A stretch of 63,932 nt of DNA, filler included, from Choristocarpus tenellus KU-1152 (taxonomy: Eukaryota; Protista; Phaeophyceae), in NCBI GenBank assembly GCA_964200185.2. It is 11 parts of 11 records of this genome, joined end to end, with 100 filler letters (N's around TTAATTAATTAA, not from the genome) between each part and the next. Parts side by side here need not be neighbours in the genome. Positions count along the whole stretch, not along the records: positions 13,232 to 19,065 come from CAXNAD020009644.1; positions 19,166 to 22,693 come from CAXNAD020019440.1; positions 22,794 to 25,631 come from CAXNAD020024307.1; positions 25,732 to 32,397 come from CAXNAD020007611.1; 7 more parts are not named here. One strand, written 5' to 3'. Of the stretch, positions 13,810 to 26,210 are shown piece after piece. The notes beneath the pieces are model-generated. The model was not told where the DNA came from. It saw nothing but the letters and a program-made list of their open reading frames with translations, and did not search any database. Within the stretch, counting starts at the first letter, position 1, and every line of letters begins with the position of its first letter. Made by a program: the position numbers and the translations under genes.

Positions 13810-14130
13810 TTGATTCAATTTTGTCTCCTCGTTTCTTCTTTTTTTTTCCCTTTCTTCTTCTTCACTCAAGAAATTGTCAGTTGCATGTCAAGTGTGTGTT
13901 TTTTTTTTTACTGGCATTAACCCCTCACGATCAATCATCCTCACTCTGCAATACGTGTACCAGACACACTCCGGGATGCAGTATAACAGAGTTTAAAAAC
14001 ATCCTTCGAAACCCTTCTCAGCTAAGGTGACAAGCCTCTTCACAGAGCATGCATTTCTTCATTAAAGTGTCTCAATTAATGATCACACATTTCACATCAT
14101 CAGTGTTTGATTGAGTAAAACATGTTATCA
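13810..14130 (+). repeat. Dispersed repeat; homologous copy at ~19275-19840 is interrupted by a MITE
   Basis: Shared blocks tggcatta..., ggatgca.tata..cagagtt.aaaaca and aagg.acaagcctctt...agagcatgcatttctt. Confidence 0.7.
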
Positions 14131-14362
14131 GAGGTTTTGCAACGATCATTCATCTAACCAACCAAACCAAAATTCTGATGTGTTTCACTCTCTACACATA
14201 AACCTTTAGGGGGTGAGAAATCCAAATTAATTAGAGCTTGGGAGGGTGGGAGAGTGTTTTTCCGGGTTAATATTTTTTTTATTGTTCTCTCACTTGGCAT
14301 GGTAGCCAATGGCATGCTCCCTGGACCTGATAAGCCTGACGAGACTGCACCCATTACTCTTT

Positions 14363-14996
14363 TGTTACAGCGTGCTCCATAGCATACTTGCACACGAGAT
14401 AGATATATAGCTCCAGTCCACAAGCCTACAGACGGCGCTGGTATGTTACAGCACACTCCATAGCTTACCTCCATAGGATGTATAGCTCCAGTCCACAAGC
14501 CCATAGATGACACTGATGCACGTACAGGACTCCTGATGCACAAGTCGTTATGCTGGATTTCTCACTTGAATTATTCCCTTCATAAGTATCAAAATTATCG
14601 TCAAAGAAACTGGCAACGATTTACCACCTGAGGCCATGATAATAAATAAATAATAAATAAATAGTCAAAAAGTACAAATATATCAAATCTAGGACTTCAA
14701 GGTCATAATGGTGTTTATGAAACCGCCATCAAGACATAACGCCTGTAACTGGTGCACGTACAGGACTCCTGACGCACAAGTCGTCGAGTAAGCTGGATAT
14801 CTCACTTGGCTTATTCCCTTCGTAAGTATCAATTATCATTGTAAAGAAGAAACTGTTCAACGATATCTTATCTCTATCGATCATCACAATGACCAAATAA
14901 TAAATAAATAGTCAAGTAGTACAAATATATAAAATATAGGACTTCAAAGTCATTATGACGTTTATGAAACCACCATCAAGACATATCGCCTGTAAC
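14363..14996 (+). repeat. Tandem duplications: two ~75-bp units (14363-14515) then two ~240-bp units (14515-14996); diverged third copy of the long unit at ~18330-18450
   Basis: tatagctccagtccacaagcc occurs twice; tgcacgtacaggactcctga(t/c)gcacaagtcg...catcaagacata..gcctgtaac occurs twice. Confidence 0.8.
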
Positions 14997-15279
14997 ATGC
15001 CCCCCTAGCATGAAGCATAAGTGCTTCAATGCAAAGAACAGGCGATTGGACAAGGAAATACAATATGACTCCTTATCCTATCATGAATGTAATAGGAATA
15101 AAAATATTGGGGATCCAGCGGAGGAGGAAGCCAGGAGGAAAAATCCCCTTCCGACGTTTGCCCTGACGACATACATGCTAATGTGACACAGGCACCTAAC
15201 GGCACTCACTTCTGCATTTGACTCAATGTTGAAGAGAAAAATCCCACACCAGAGTCCCACAATCGTGTTAAAAATAGTG

Positions 15280-15960
15280 TAATGTCTAAAGGACTCTCAC
15301 CATTTCAAAACCATGGATTACAAAAGAAATACAGACGCAAAAATAGTGTCTAACAATAACAGAGGAAGAGGGTGCTGCCATATAAAGGTCCTCCCTCCTC
15401 GAGAAATATGAACATATAAACAAATACAGATCAAAATGTCTCAAAATAACAAAATAGTAAGGTGCTGCCATAGAGAGACTCCGCCCCTTCAAAACTATCA
15501 ACCCAAATGAATACAGACACAAAATCGTGATAACACTGAATTAGGGTACTGCCATAGACTCTCCCCTTTCAGAACTATAATCACGAACAATTACAGGATA
15601 CCAACACAATGTCTCAGAGTCACAAAGAGATAGGGTGCTGCTGTCATGGAAAGGCTTACCCTCATTAGGAACTATGAACATAAAACAAATAAAGACAAAT
15701 GTCAGAAAAATAGGAAGTGCTATAGCAAGACTCTCCCCTTTCACAATTACCAACACAAACGAATAGACACAAAATCACACTAAAACTTACATAGGGTGGG
15801 GTCATAGTAAGATTATCCCCCTTCAGAAATATAAACACAAACAAATACAACACACAAGAAGGATGTCTCTACAAAAACAGCCAAAAATGTCTAACAATAA
15901 GATCATAATAGGGAATATTATAGCAAGATTGCTCACAATGATTAGATATGCTAATCGCCT
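15280..15960 (+). repeat. Degenerate ~80-90 bp tandem repeat (minisatellite), about 7 units
   Basis: Recurring gg(g)tgctgccata...actctcccct(t)tc...aacta...aaca.a.aaa...gacacaaaa motif. Confidence 0.7.
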
Positions 15961-16119
15961 GTAACATACCCTAACGTATAAACTTGGTACACATGTTTCG
16001 TGCTTGCCACAAACGGTTGTCATAGGCTAGGACAGAACATATCGTCTATCACCTTAATCCTTCTTGGATGGTAAAGCCAAGAGTTAAAAAAATAGTTTGA
16101 CTCCAAATAGGTTTCACAG

Positions 16120-16815
16120 GGACTCCAGTTCCAAATTACCCGGTGCTTCTAACAACGACTGAGGTATCCACTTGTTTCTTCTGAGAGGGTCCATCCTAAA
16201 AGTAACAGGATACAATCACAATTAGATTGCATCTAGCCTAATCGGAGCATACACTTCTTCCTTTTTGGAGGTCAGGCTCAAAAGTTACAAATAATATATT
16301 TCTGACTTGACATACAGTTTTTCGGTCCCCAGTTCCGATCTTCCCAATTACAAGTGCGATCATTGTATATCTTTGCTTCCTTTAGAAGTATCTCTCCAAA
16401 AAGTCACAGGATACAATCACAGTGACTTTGCGTCTAGCCTAACCTGAGTATACACTTGTTCCTTTTGAGGGCCTGGTTCAAAAGTTACAAAGCATACATT
16501 TCTGACTCTGCCTACAATCAACTGGTCCTCAGTTCAGATTTTCTAATCATAAGTATGATCAATGTACCTCTTTGCTTTCTTTGGGAGTGTCCCTCCTATA
16601 AGTCAAAGGATACAATCAAAGTGACTTTGCGTCTAGCCCAATCTGAGTATACACATGTTCCTTTTATTGTGTGTATCAAATATTACAAAGCATACTACAT
16701 CTCTGACTTGGTCTACAAATAAAGAGGTCCCCAGTTCAGATTCTCCCGATCAAAGCTGTGATCAATGTGTATCATTGCTTCCTTCGGGAAGGTTCCTCTT
16801 GAAGTCACAGGATAG
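16120..16815 (+). repeat. ~200-bp tandem repeat, ~3.5 units; detached partial unit at ~17450-17585
   Basis: aggata(caatca) recurs at ~16207, 16408, 16607 and 16808, with tctagcc, aaaagttacaa, tctgact and gtccccagttc in register. Confidence 0.8.
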
Positions 16816-17768
16816 AATTGTTGAAACATAAATTTTAATGAATCGTGCTTTCTCGCGCAGTGAAAGATTTGTAACGAAGGGGTGTGATAGTGCATTAAAG
16901 GATAGGCGAGTTTGTTCTGATGAACCTGATGATATGCTTTGCTCAGTCAGATGATGTTTGTTGTGAAATTGAGATTATTCCTTGGGATACTCAAAGGGAA
17001 GGAACGCATTCTTTGAGCAGAGGCTTGTCACCTCGAAGAAGGAGGTTTTCTGAGGATGTTTTAACTCTGTACATATTGTATCCAGGTATGTATCAGTTAC
17101 ACTCAATGCAGAGTGAGATCGATGTCTTATGAGGGGGCAATACTAGTCAGAAAAAATAATGATCAACATATGATATGTAACCGAAGACTTCTGATGTGAA
17201 AATAAAAACTTGAATCAGTATGTGAGGGAACTGCCATGACACATATTATGCCTGTATGTTTGATAAGTGCCGAGTGTTCTATCCTTCCTATGCACCGTGA
17301 TGTTCTAATAGTAATTGATGATGTTGTAAAGAGGAGCTAATGATGTAAATGGGAGTAACGACCAGTATCAATGGGCAAATCAACAGTCAGTATGAACTGG
17401 TGATACTGTATTGTATGTATCAAGAACACAACAGGTGAGTAGCCTATGTTTTAACAATCACACACAATTTGCATGTAGCCTAATTAGAGCTCACACTTGT
17501 TCCTTCTGAACCACACCTTCAGAAGTTACAAGGCGTACATCTCTATTTCGGGTTAAAATAAAAAGGGTCCCCAGTTCCGACCTTTTCATGTCATACTCAA
17601 CCCTCCAAGTGTACATTTGTTACCCTTGGGATAAGCAAATATTTTCCTTCCTATTGAGTTCATCTCAATCTCCATATTCAAAAAGCACCTACCAGTAGAG
17701 TGACTTGAAGTCAAAACCATTTCCTGAGCGCCAAGTGTCTATTCCTCTTTGACTTTCCATGACTTTAA

Positions 17769-17870
17769 GTCAAAGCATCTAAGAGGGTAGGGCCGTGTCA
17801 GTTCGGGGTCATAAATCCAATGTTGTGATTTTGATAAATTTTGGCTATCGTTTTTGTTAGCAAGTGCTAA
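17769..17870 (+). mobile_element. Truncated MITE subfamily C copy
   Basis: gtcaaagcatctaagagggtag...ccaatgttgtgattttgat matches the left end of 26697-26955. Confidence 0.6.
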
Positions 17871-19165
17871 TATCCTTGTTCCGAACCATTCATAACACAC
17901 AACACTGATGCTGCGAAAACCCACATGCATAATCTTAAGACCTCAACATTATGGTCTAGGGCACAGGTCGTTGATGCGACCCGGTGGAAACAGTAAGGCG
18001 GCCCACACACTCGCCTAGGCTCAAGGTGGTAAAGAGAGACCCTGAAACCATGGACTCTAACATAACTCATTGATGCGCAAGCTCCATTCCTCGCTGAGAG
18101 TGAGCCACAGATGCGACGGTGCAGATCCTGTCCCCCCAACTGAAGAGAAGTGAAGAGGGAGACGAGTCCAAAACATTAAATAGAGCTGACAACAGTTCCA
18201 TGTTGTAAGGTATTTTTTTTTCTCCATTTTGAATGGACAAGGTAGAATCTCAATGTTACAAAATGCTCCAAAAGCTTACCACGATGGGATATGCAGATCC
18301 AGTCCATAAGAATGCATGTGGACCATGAAGCTCGTGCAAGGCTCCACTGTACACAAGTGGTCAAGTATGCTGGATCTCTCACTTCGATTTTTCCCTTCAT
18401 ACGTATCAATCACCATGATATAAAGGAACTGGCAACGAGTTTGACTGCTAACGAACATTGGTCGCTGAGAGTACGGAGTGCAGAAACCAAGGCAAGAGAT
18501 ATTTGCCATCTCAGCATGTAAGGAGAGGCAATTACCTTTAAACAATGATTGTGGATATCTTAATAAAAGGTAATGCAACTTGCCATTGTGTGATAGGGAG
18601 AATGACAATGACACTACCCAGTCACCCAGATACCCACCCAAGCTATCTACTGCTGACAAGGATTTCGTTTGGTAGTCCATATGATTGCATGTCAAACAAG
18701 TGCTTGTAAAATCCCCCAAGAGAGGTTTCTGCTTGATAAAAAAATCTGCTACGGGTGACAATAATATTACAACAGTAGTTGAGATCTCTTTTTCATGAAG
18801 GAAAGCAGGTTTTAAAATAATTGAAAGGAACACATTCTCGAGGTGGGATGTGACCGCCTTTTGGTTTTGTGTTTGCAGTTTAGACATACAGTTTTATGAA
18901 CTTCCAAACGAAATCGGTGTCCCTCATTGACTGGCTGCCTATGTGACTGCGTATTTTGCTGGGTATATGTGGTCGTTGTCATGCCCTGAATCGCAAGATG
19001 ACGACGAGTTCCACGATTTCTTGACTTGTCCATATCAGTGACCAAAAGTATCTGGGAGGGGGGGGNNNNNNNNNNNNNNNNNNNNNNNNNNNNNNNNNNN
19101 NNNNNNNNNTTAATTAATTAANNNNNNNNNNNNNNNNNNNNNNNNNNNNNNNNNNNNNNNNNNNN

Positions 19166-19233
19166 AAAAGTGAAAATCGAAAGAAGGGTGAAAAAAGGAC
19201 GCCGACCCCCCCCCCCCCCAGGTACTTCGACCC
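19166..19233 (-). mobile_element. MITE subfamily A end fragment at contig start; other terminal fragments at 19041-19065, 48164-48187, 60798-60858
   Basis: Reverse complement of the left end of the 21677 and 36276 copies (ggacgccgac-polyC-agrtacttygaccc). Confidence 0.8.
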
Positions 19234-19461
19234 CACACAGGCATAATATGCGTCGCTTGAGTTACATCAGACATTGATTCGAGTTTGTTGTGTTCTTTCT
19301 TTGTTTTTTATTTTCCTAACAGCAGAAGGCTCCAGTTGCATGCCAATTGATGAATATTATTTTTCTTGGTTGGCATTACCCCACCTCAAAAGACACCAAG
19401 CTCACTCTGAGTTAAGTGTACCTGATGCACACCTGGATGCAATATATTCAGAGTTAAAACA

Positions 19462-19722
19462 GAGCCAAAGTATCATAGAGGGTAGAGCCACGTCCATTTG
19501 TGGGTGAAGTCCAATGTTGCGATTTTTATGTAATTTTGGGCATAGTGTTTGTTAGAAAGTGTCAATATCCATTTTCTGGGGACACACACCCTTTCATGAC
19601 GTATACTTTTACCTACTCCGAAACATTTTGGAGCACCAAAATGTCATAAAATAACCAATGAGAAGCCAAGCACCAAATGGACAAACAGGGCAAAGCTCGT
19701 ACCCTCTAAGATAATTTCACTC
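19462..19722 (+). mobile_element. MITE subfamily C (~260 bp), TSD AACA
   Basis: TIRs GAGCCAAAGTATCATAGAGGGTA / TACCCTCTAAGATAATTTCACTC, flanked by AACA on both sides. Confidence 0.85.
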
Positions 19723-20479
19723 AACATACACAGGGACCCTTGTCCGTCAAGGTAACAAGCCTCTTCTTAGAGCATGCATTTCTTCCTTTGAGGGCACCAA
19801 GGAGGAACATCGAATACACATTATCCATCTTCTGACTGAGTAAGCCATAACTAACTTCAATTTCAACAGAACAAATTCATGTTCGCGGATAGTCCTGCTG
19901 ATACACTATATACACCGCCAGTGGAGGAAAGGTAGAGCCAGGTGTATGTTTTCATATGTTTCAGTTGAGCTCTACCTAACATCCATGTATTGTAGGGACC
20001 TGATGTTAGATTCTCCGTTGATATATCATATATGGTACATATGATACGTAGATAGTAGTCTTTTCTGATTATGGTATTCTTTTTTCATTATCCATGCATG
20101 TGGACGTTGCAAATCCCACATGGTAGTCTGTACCTGTCTCACCCCACAAGTTCAGTCAGTGGAATAGAGACCATAAGCCTCTTGTAACATAAATATTGTA
20201 TATCTACATCAAGTCATTTATTGTCCTCTGTCAAGGCACACAACCATGGGTCCAGTACGGAATATTTCAACAATTCACCAGTGCTTTACGGCACTATGAT
20301 ACCTCTTTGCATCACAAACTACCCATTGCACACGAAAGCACGCGCCATTCGATTCAGGTTTCAACAGAAGTTTGCACTAAGTAGAGGGATAACAACCCTC
20401 AGGCGAAAACTCACCAAGTTTAACAGCTTGCGATCCCAGATATTAGCTTGCTACCGAGCACAGGGATTTACAAAATGTT

Positions 20480-21000
20480 CTAAATATTCTTGAGATGCCT
20501 AGTTAATTGCCTGCTTCAGCTCCTCATAGCATATATCAGGGCTTTTCAAATTGGACTACAAAATACGTACTGTCCGCGTAGCCGAGGAGAACCGTACCTC
20601 CCAGAGGCATCCTTCCAAGGTGATGATTTGCACGGGGGCTTCGTCCTCCGCACGGCCTCCATTGACTCCTTCTAATTCCATCCATGCTCCTGTGTCGACT
20701 GGGTTCTCGTTTTCGAATCTCACCACAATTGCTGCCACGAACACTCTTGTCGCTTGGATCAGCAGAAACCACGTGCGCCTTTTGTTCTTCTTGTACTTCT
20801 CGTGCGCTCTTCGTTCCTGTTCCATTGGTGTCTCCGTGAATTCAGGGACCACGCGTTTTCGCCACAGAGTGTCATACAGACCCTTTCCACATGCGTAACC
20901 CACCACAGATAATCTCTATCTTGTCCAGGTCTCAACTGACCGTCCTGGTACTCCAGTCCAGATGGGCAACTGCTTCCTGTCGTTCTTCATACTGTTGTTG
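20480..21000 (-). mobile_element. Degenerate Ty1/Copia gag (UBN2-like) remnant
   Basis: ORF 20556-20906, ...YKKNKRRTWFLLIQAT...AAIVVRFE...GAWMELE, resembles the Copia gag N-terminal helix region ending in AWxxL. Frame is disrupted on both sides. Confidence 0.5.
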
Positions 21001-21605
21001 TGGCTCATAACCTGTGCGGATTTAGACTGCTGTTTCTGTTAGTATGGAAGAAGAGAGAAGGGAGAGATGGGAGCCTCACATGATTCCCCATTGCTGAATA
21101 TGATTACATTGTTGAAAAGAAGAGTGATATGAATCGTGTGATTTTGTGGGGGGGTGGTTCATTTAGGCAAGAGTGGTGAAGATAATCACTAGGCAAGATG
21201 GATCAGATGAACCACAACCGAGAGGACAAGGTTAAGTTTTGACGAGTGCAAGACTGGTTGTCGAAACTGTGGGGACAGAGACAGACTAAGGATCTTGAGA
21301 CAGGGAGGATCATCAGAAATGTCAAGACGTGAGAACGAAGTGAATCTTTCATGCGTGACAACTCGGAACGAAGAGGATCCTTATGTTATGGAGTTAGCAC
21401 TCGCCTCTATTTTATTATTATGCCTTCTGACATTTTGCAGATGTGTTTAAAGACCATATATATATGTATGTCTCTATTATATTATTGTGTCTTCTGAAAT
21501 TTTGGAAATGTGCCAGAGGAAAAATGAATGAAGACTATATGATGTTGGCAGTCGCCTCTAGGATCAGACGAGTCTTGATTAATTTCGAGTTGATGTAAGG
21601 CGACC

Positions 21606-22024
21606 TGATCGGTGATCAGCATATCAAATTATAGCTGAGATCAAATGCCGTCGATTGGGACAAAGAAATCCAGTCGGGGTCGAAGTACCTGGGGGGGTGT
21701 CGGCGTCCGTTTTTCATCCTTTATTCACTTTTTTGGTGTGATTTGGTCACACGTGTCGGATTTGAAATGAGAGCAAAAACAAGAGTTGTTTGACCGAAAC
21801 GGACGCCCCCTCACAAACCACCCCTCCCCCCCAGATACTTTGACCCTCGCAAATTACTTTGTGTTGAATTATGCTTAGCCAAATGTTGAAAGGTTTGGCG
21901 GAATTGCAAAAAAATGAAAATAATCGAAAATGATATCATGATGTTTTTTGGAACCGGATGTCTTTGCGCCAATCGACTGCCTATTATGATCGCAGCTGTA
22001 GTTTGATACGCTGATCACCGATCA
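21606..22024. mobile_element. Older fold-back/MITE element with ~66-bp imperfect inverted repeats (21606-21671 / 21956-22024) hosting a nested MITE
   Basis: tgatcggtgatcagcatatcaaattatagctgagatca...gtcgattgggacaaagaaatcc is the near reverse complement of ggatgtctttgcgccaatcgac...tgatcgcagctgtagtttgatacgctgatcaccgatca. Confidence 0.7.
21677..21846 (+). mobile_element. MITE subfamily A (~170 bp), TSD TCG
   Basis: TIRs GGGTCGAAGTACCTGGGGG / CCCCCAGATACTTTGACCC; internal sequence highly similar to 36276-36458. Confidence 0.85.
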
Positions 22025-25000
22025 ACCTACGGAAGATCCTTCGCTGGAATATGGAATTCTTGACAAGTCACCTCAATCGGTATAATGGTATATACCATAC
22101 GGCAGTATCGGTATAAAACAGAAAACCTGCTCTCTAGTGAATCCTTGTGTACAGTTTTGGGCGCGTCGGTAAACAAGCGAAAATATTTCTATATGAATTA
22201 GCTATGCATACGGTAGGAGGGGGGAGAAGCTGTCAAATCCCGTTTACAACAGATAATTTCTGTCCCAACGCAAGTAATCCTATGCAGACGCGTCATGCGA
22301 TTTAACCTGGAGTCACCAGGAAGATGGGCAAGGAGGGGTTTTGTTAGATTCGGAGGTGTAGTATTATAGGTGGTAGGAAATAGTAAATTGATTTATGTTT
22401 TCAACTGATACTTTTTCAGGCGTTCTGACATATGAATAGGAGAAGGCGAGATTGGTTGTATTTGATCAAAGTTTGTGGATGTAGGTATTGCCAAGTGCCA
22501 TGATACCTTGTTGACCAATAGATAGCCTTACATACTCTCTGTATACCTTTGAGTTAGAATCATTCTTATTTTGGTACAGTCACTGAAAGAAGCAGGTGGA
22601 AATAGTTCATAGTCTCAATTGTGTGTTCATTGAAGGAGGAGGGGATGGGGTTGTGGAGGTGATGGAGGAAGGCGACGACGGCACACGAGACAGNNNNNNN
22701 NNNNNNNNNNNNNNNNNNNNNNNNNNNNNNNNNNNNNTTAATTAATTAANNNNNNNNNNNNNNNNNNNNNNNNNNNNNNNNNNNNNNNNNNNNCACCCAC
22801 ACACACACCTCCCACAAACACTCCTTCGTGTACACCTGGGTATATACCCCCAACCCCCATGCCAATGCCCATGCCCACCCCCTAAGCTCACTTCTCATCC
22901 ATGGTCATCCCTGAGGACCATGCAGCATAGAGAGCCCCGACTTTAGCGAACAACTTCTTGCTCTTAAGAGTCGGCAGCAGTAATGGGAGCAGGGGAAGAG
23001 GGCTTTGTATCAGAGATGGGAGGCCTAGCCAATGGGAGCTTAGTGCCGAGAAAACCATCTGTTGTCATTTAGGAGTTAGTTCTTTGTTTGCCACAATTAA
23101 ATACACCAACAAAGTGGGAGGTGTGGGAAAGAGGGAAGGAAAATCAAGTTGATACCAGTGATAAGTTTTGTGTAAGGTATGGTAATAGGTGCTTCAGCTC
23201 TCTGTACGGCGGCATCAGTGGTATAAATCCATGTATACCTAGTAACAGTTCAGATTCAAGTACCCAGTTCAAGCCGTAAGAGTCAAACCAACAAATCGGT
23301 AGTCAGGGTTGCAATCTAAGGATCCTGGTAAATAGCAACATAATGCCATTTTGTGCTATTTCAGAAAGAGTCTTTGCTGAATTGTGATGTCATTCTATGT
23401 GTGAAATGGGGAAATCAATGTTGCGTACACTATCGTGTACAAAAAGCAATGAAATAGAGTGCATTGCACAGAGGAAGAAAGATGTAATTTGGAATGCAAA
23501 AGGGTCCAATAAACCTGCCTACATCTCAAATGATTTGGCTCTAACCCTAGTGCTAAACAAAACCCAACAAGTTACGGCATTCATATTGATCAGCCTCTAA
23601 GCGGCACATTCTATCCATATGTCACTCATCCCAACCACCTCGATCAACCCAATGCCTCTTCTTTACTCATTTACATGTCTCACCTGCAACAGCCCCACCC
23701 CCTCTAGTTGGCGTCCCTGCAACCCAAACCCAGCAGAAATACCAGGAAAATTGACTGCAATACCTAGAGCACCCGACTACCCTCCACCCGCCCTACCCCC
23801 TGTGCTCTCCCAGCCTCCATTTCTGTCGTCTCAAACCACTAAGGCGGTCCATAACTTCTCGAGTATTTGGTCGAGGTGCCGTTTAATGCAAAAGGGAGGG
23901 TCGAGGCCTTTGTCCACCAGACCTCCCCGCACCAACATCATCTATTGGCATTTGTACCAGGGTGGGAAAGGATTTCTTACCAACTTGGGTGCTGCCGTCC
24001 TACACAACCAAAACTATCGTAAAATATTATGGCCAGAAGAGGGAAAGGCGGGAGGAGGGGGGAAGAATAACATATGTTTTCACAAAGTTCTTATGAATTC
24101 AGATAATACTATCTGCAGTCCCGTGATATTGCACACGGTACACACGCACATATAGAGAGATACGATAATGTTCAGATTTCGACTTAAGGGGACATGGGGG
24201 AGGGTGAACCAGTGAAAAGAGAAGTACAATATACTCCGGAGTATATTCATGTATTTGTGCCTTCCTATTCACGGTGCAGTAGATGCCAAGCCCTTGTACA
24301 GTGGTGCAGAATGTGACACGGGTATATGAACATCGATTTATCAAGCTACCACATCATCTGCACCTTCATGATAAACAAGGTACCATCATATCTCTGCTTT
24401 CCCAAAACAATTGATAAGCATTGTCATTTTCCTGCTACATAACCTTACAAGCATTAAAACCCATCAATCAGATTTCACAGCTACAAAGGCTTCAGTCAGT
24501 ATCACCACTCGATCCACTCTCTCTTCCGCCAACGGAAACAAACCAAACAATCGTAAGCGTCGACATGCAAACTTTGACTCTGCCACCCCACCAATATCAG
24601 GTCCTCAACTCTATCTATCAAATCTATTGTGTCGCTCCCTTTTTCCCTTGCACCTAACCTGCATCAATAATACAATAAAGTGAAAAGGGGGGGAGGAGGG
24701 GTTGCCCTGGAGAAATGAGAGATAGGTTAGGACTAAGATGGAGAGAAAGGATGGACAAATGTTGGTGGCTTGTGGATCAAAAGAAGGGATCCAAAATTCA
24801 CTTATTGCTATTTGGACCACACACATCATTAATTCCACTACGACTAATGGTGCATGTACTTGTATGAAAGTACAACTACAGGACATAAACGATGAAAAAA
24901 TAGAGTTAAGGGTTGTGATGCAATGCAGTTTTTTTTTTACCTCGAAGTAGCTAGTAGTGCAATATATACATGAAGTAACACGACTATCCAGTGAAGAGGA

Positions 25001-26210
25001 GACCAAGCAAAAGTTGTGACAGAAAGTGTATGTAGGGAACACACTTCTTCCCTCGCCCACAGAAAACGGCACTACATGGCATGATTTAATTATTATATGT
25101 ACTCAATTACCTTGTGTAGCTCAATATACGTGGTACTCTCAAGAATAGTATACAAAATATCTATTCCAACAGTTGATAAAATAAATAAATTTTGCAAAAA
25201 GGAGTAAAATATATATTAATAAATGTGTATGGAAGACGAAACCTGTACACACTAACAAGCAAAATCATCAGCTCAAGACAACATAAGCAATAAGATGCAT
25301 GCGCATGTTACGCCACGAATATGATATATAAACAGTTCGAGTATAAAGTAAGAAAACAGACAAGCGTGAATAAACAATGGAGAATCAACATTAAACAATT
25401 AATCCTTTTCGGAGCGTTCTTTTAGGTGGAAATTTTGTTCTATTTTGCGCCATTTGCCGACATATTTAGTGTAAATATATTTTGGTACTTTCCAAAATAT
25501 AGAAAAACCCAACATTTCTCGCTACCTTTTCTTTCTTTTGGTCACAACGTCAAGACAGTTGTTGCCAACAACCATGGTGCATGCAGTGAAGTGGAGGGGG
25601 GGGCATCTGGAGGGACCGAGAACTGTTACAGNNNNNNNNNNNNNNNNNNNNNNNNNNNNNNNNNNNNNNNNNNNNTTAATTAATTAANNNNNNNNNNNNN
25701 NNNNNNNNNNNNNNNNNNNNNNNNNNNNNNNACCCTCTTCCCCCACCCGCCGCTCTCCCGGTCGAGGGTAAAAAAAAAAAAGAGGGGGGGGGGGGGGGAA
25801 GGGGGAGGCTGCTGAACATAGTTTCGTTTTTTTCCCTTCCCGTGCTGTGTGTGTTGTCCTCACCCGAGGCTGTGGGGCTCGTTTTTCGGACACTGTATGT
25901 GTGTATCCTTGTGGGAACTCCCGCCTCTCACTGGCATAGACACCTTGAACTAAGAACTAAGGTGCTTGGCGAGGGTCTCTTGTTGCCAGTGTTCTTCGTA
26001 GGGGATCCTCGTGCCCAAGGACACAATCCCCAACCTTGGATTGAACCTGGACCTGCCCAAGAAAACAAGTTTCCACATTATTGTCAGTATCGACAAGTGA
26101 ATATGTTCGTGTACCTGAACCCAGCACCTAACTGTGCACTCGTGCTTTGAACCAAGTACTGCCCAAATGAGAAGAACCAACGTAGTACTATTGTTCATCC
26201 CACCCCACAG

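Noticed and set aside
15280-16815. CRISPR-like repeat-spacer pattern
   Set aside because: Units are degenerate along their full length with no unique spacers and no cas genes; eukaryotic context.
22890-24000. Minus-strand exon-like blocks bounded by AG/GTGAG (~22893-23058, ~23683-23999)
   Set aside because: The larger block has stops in all three frames and no recognisable motif; could be UTR exons or a pseudogene but no product can be supported.
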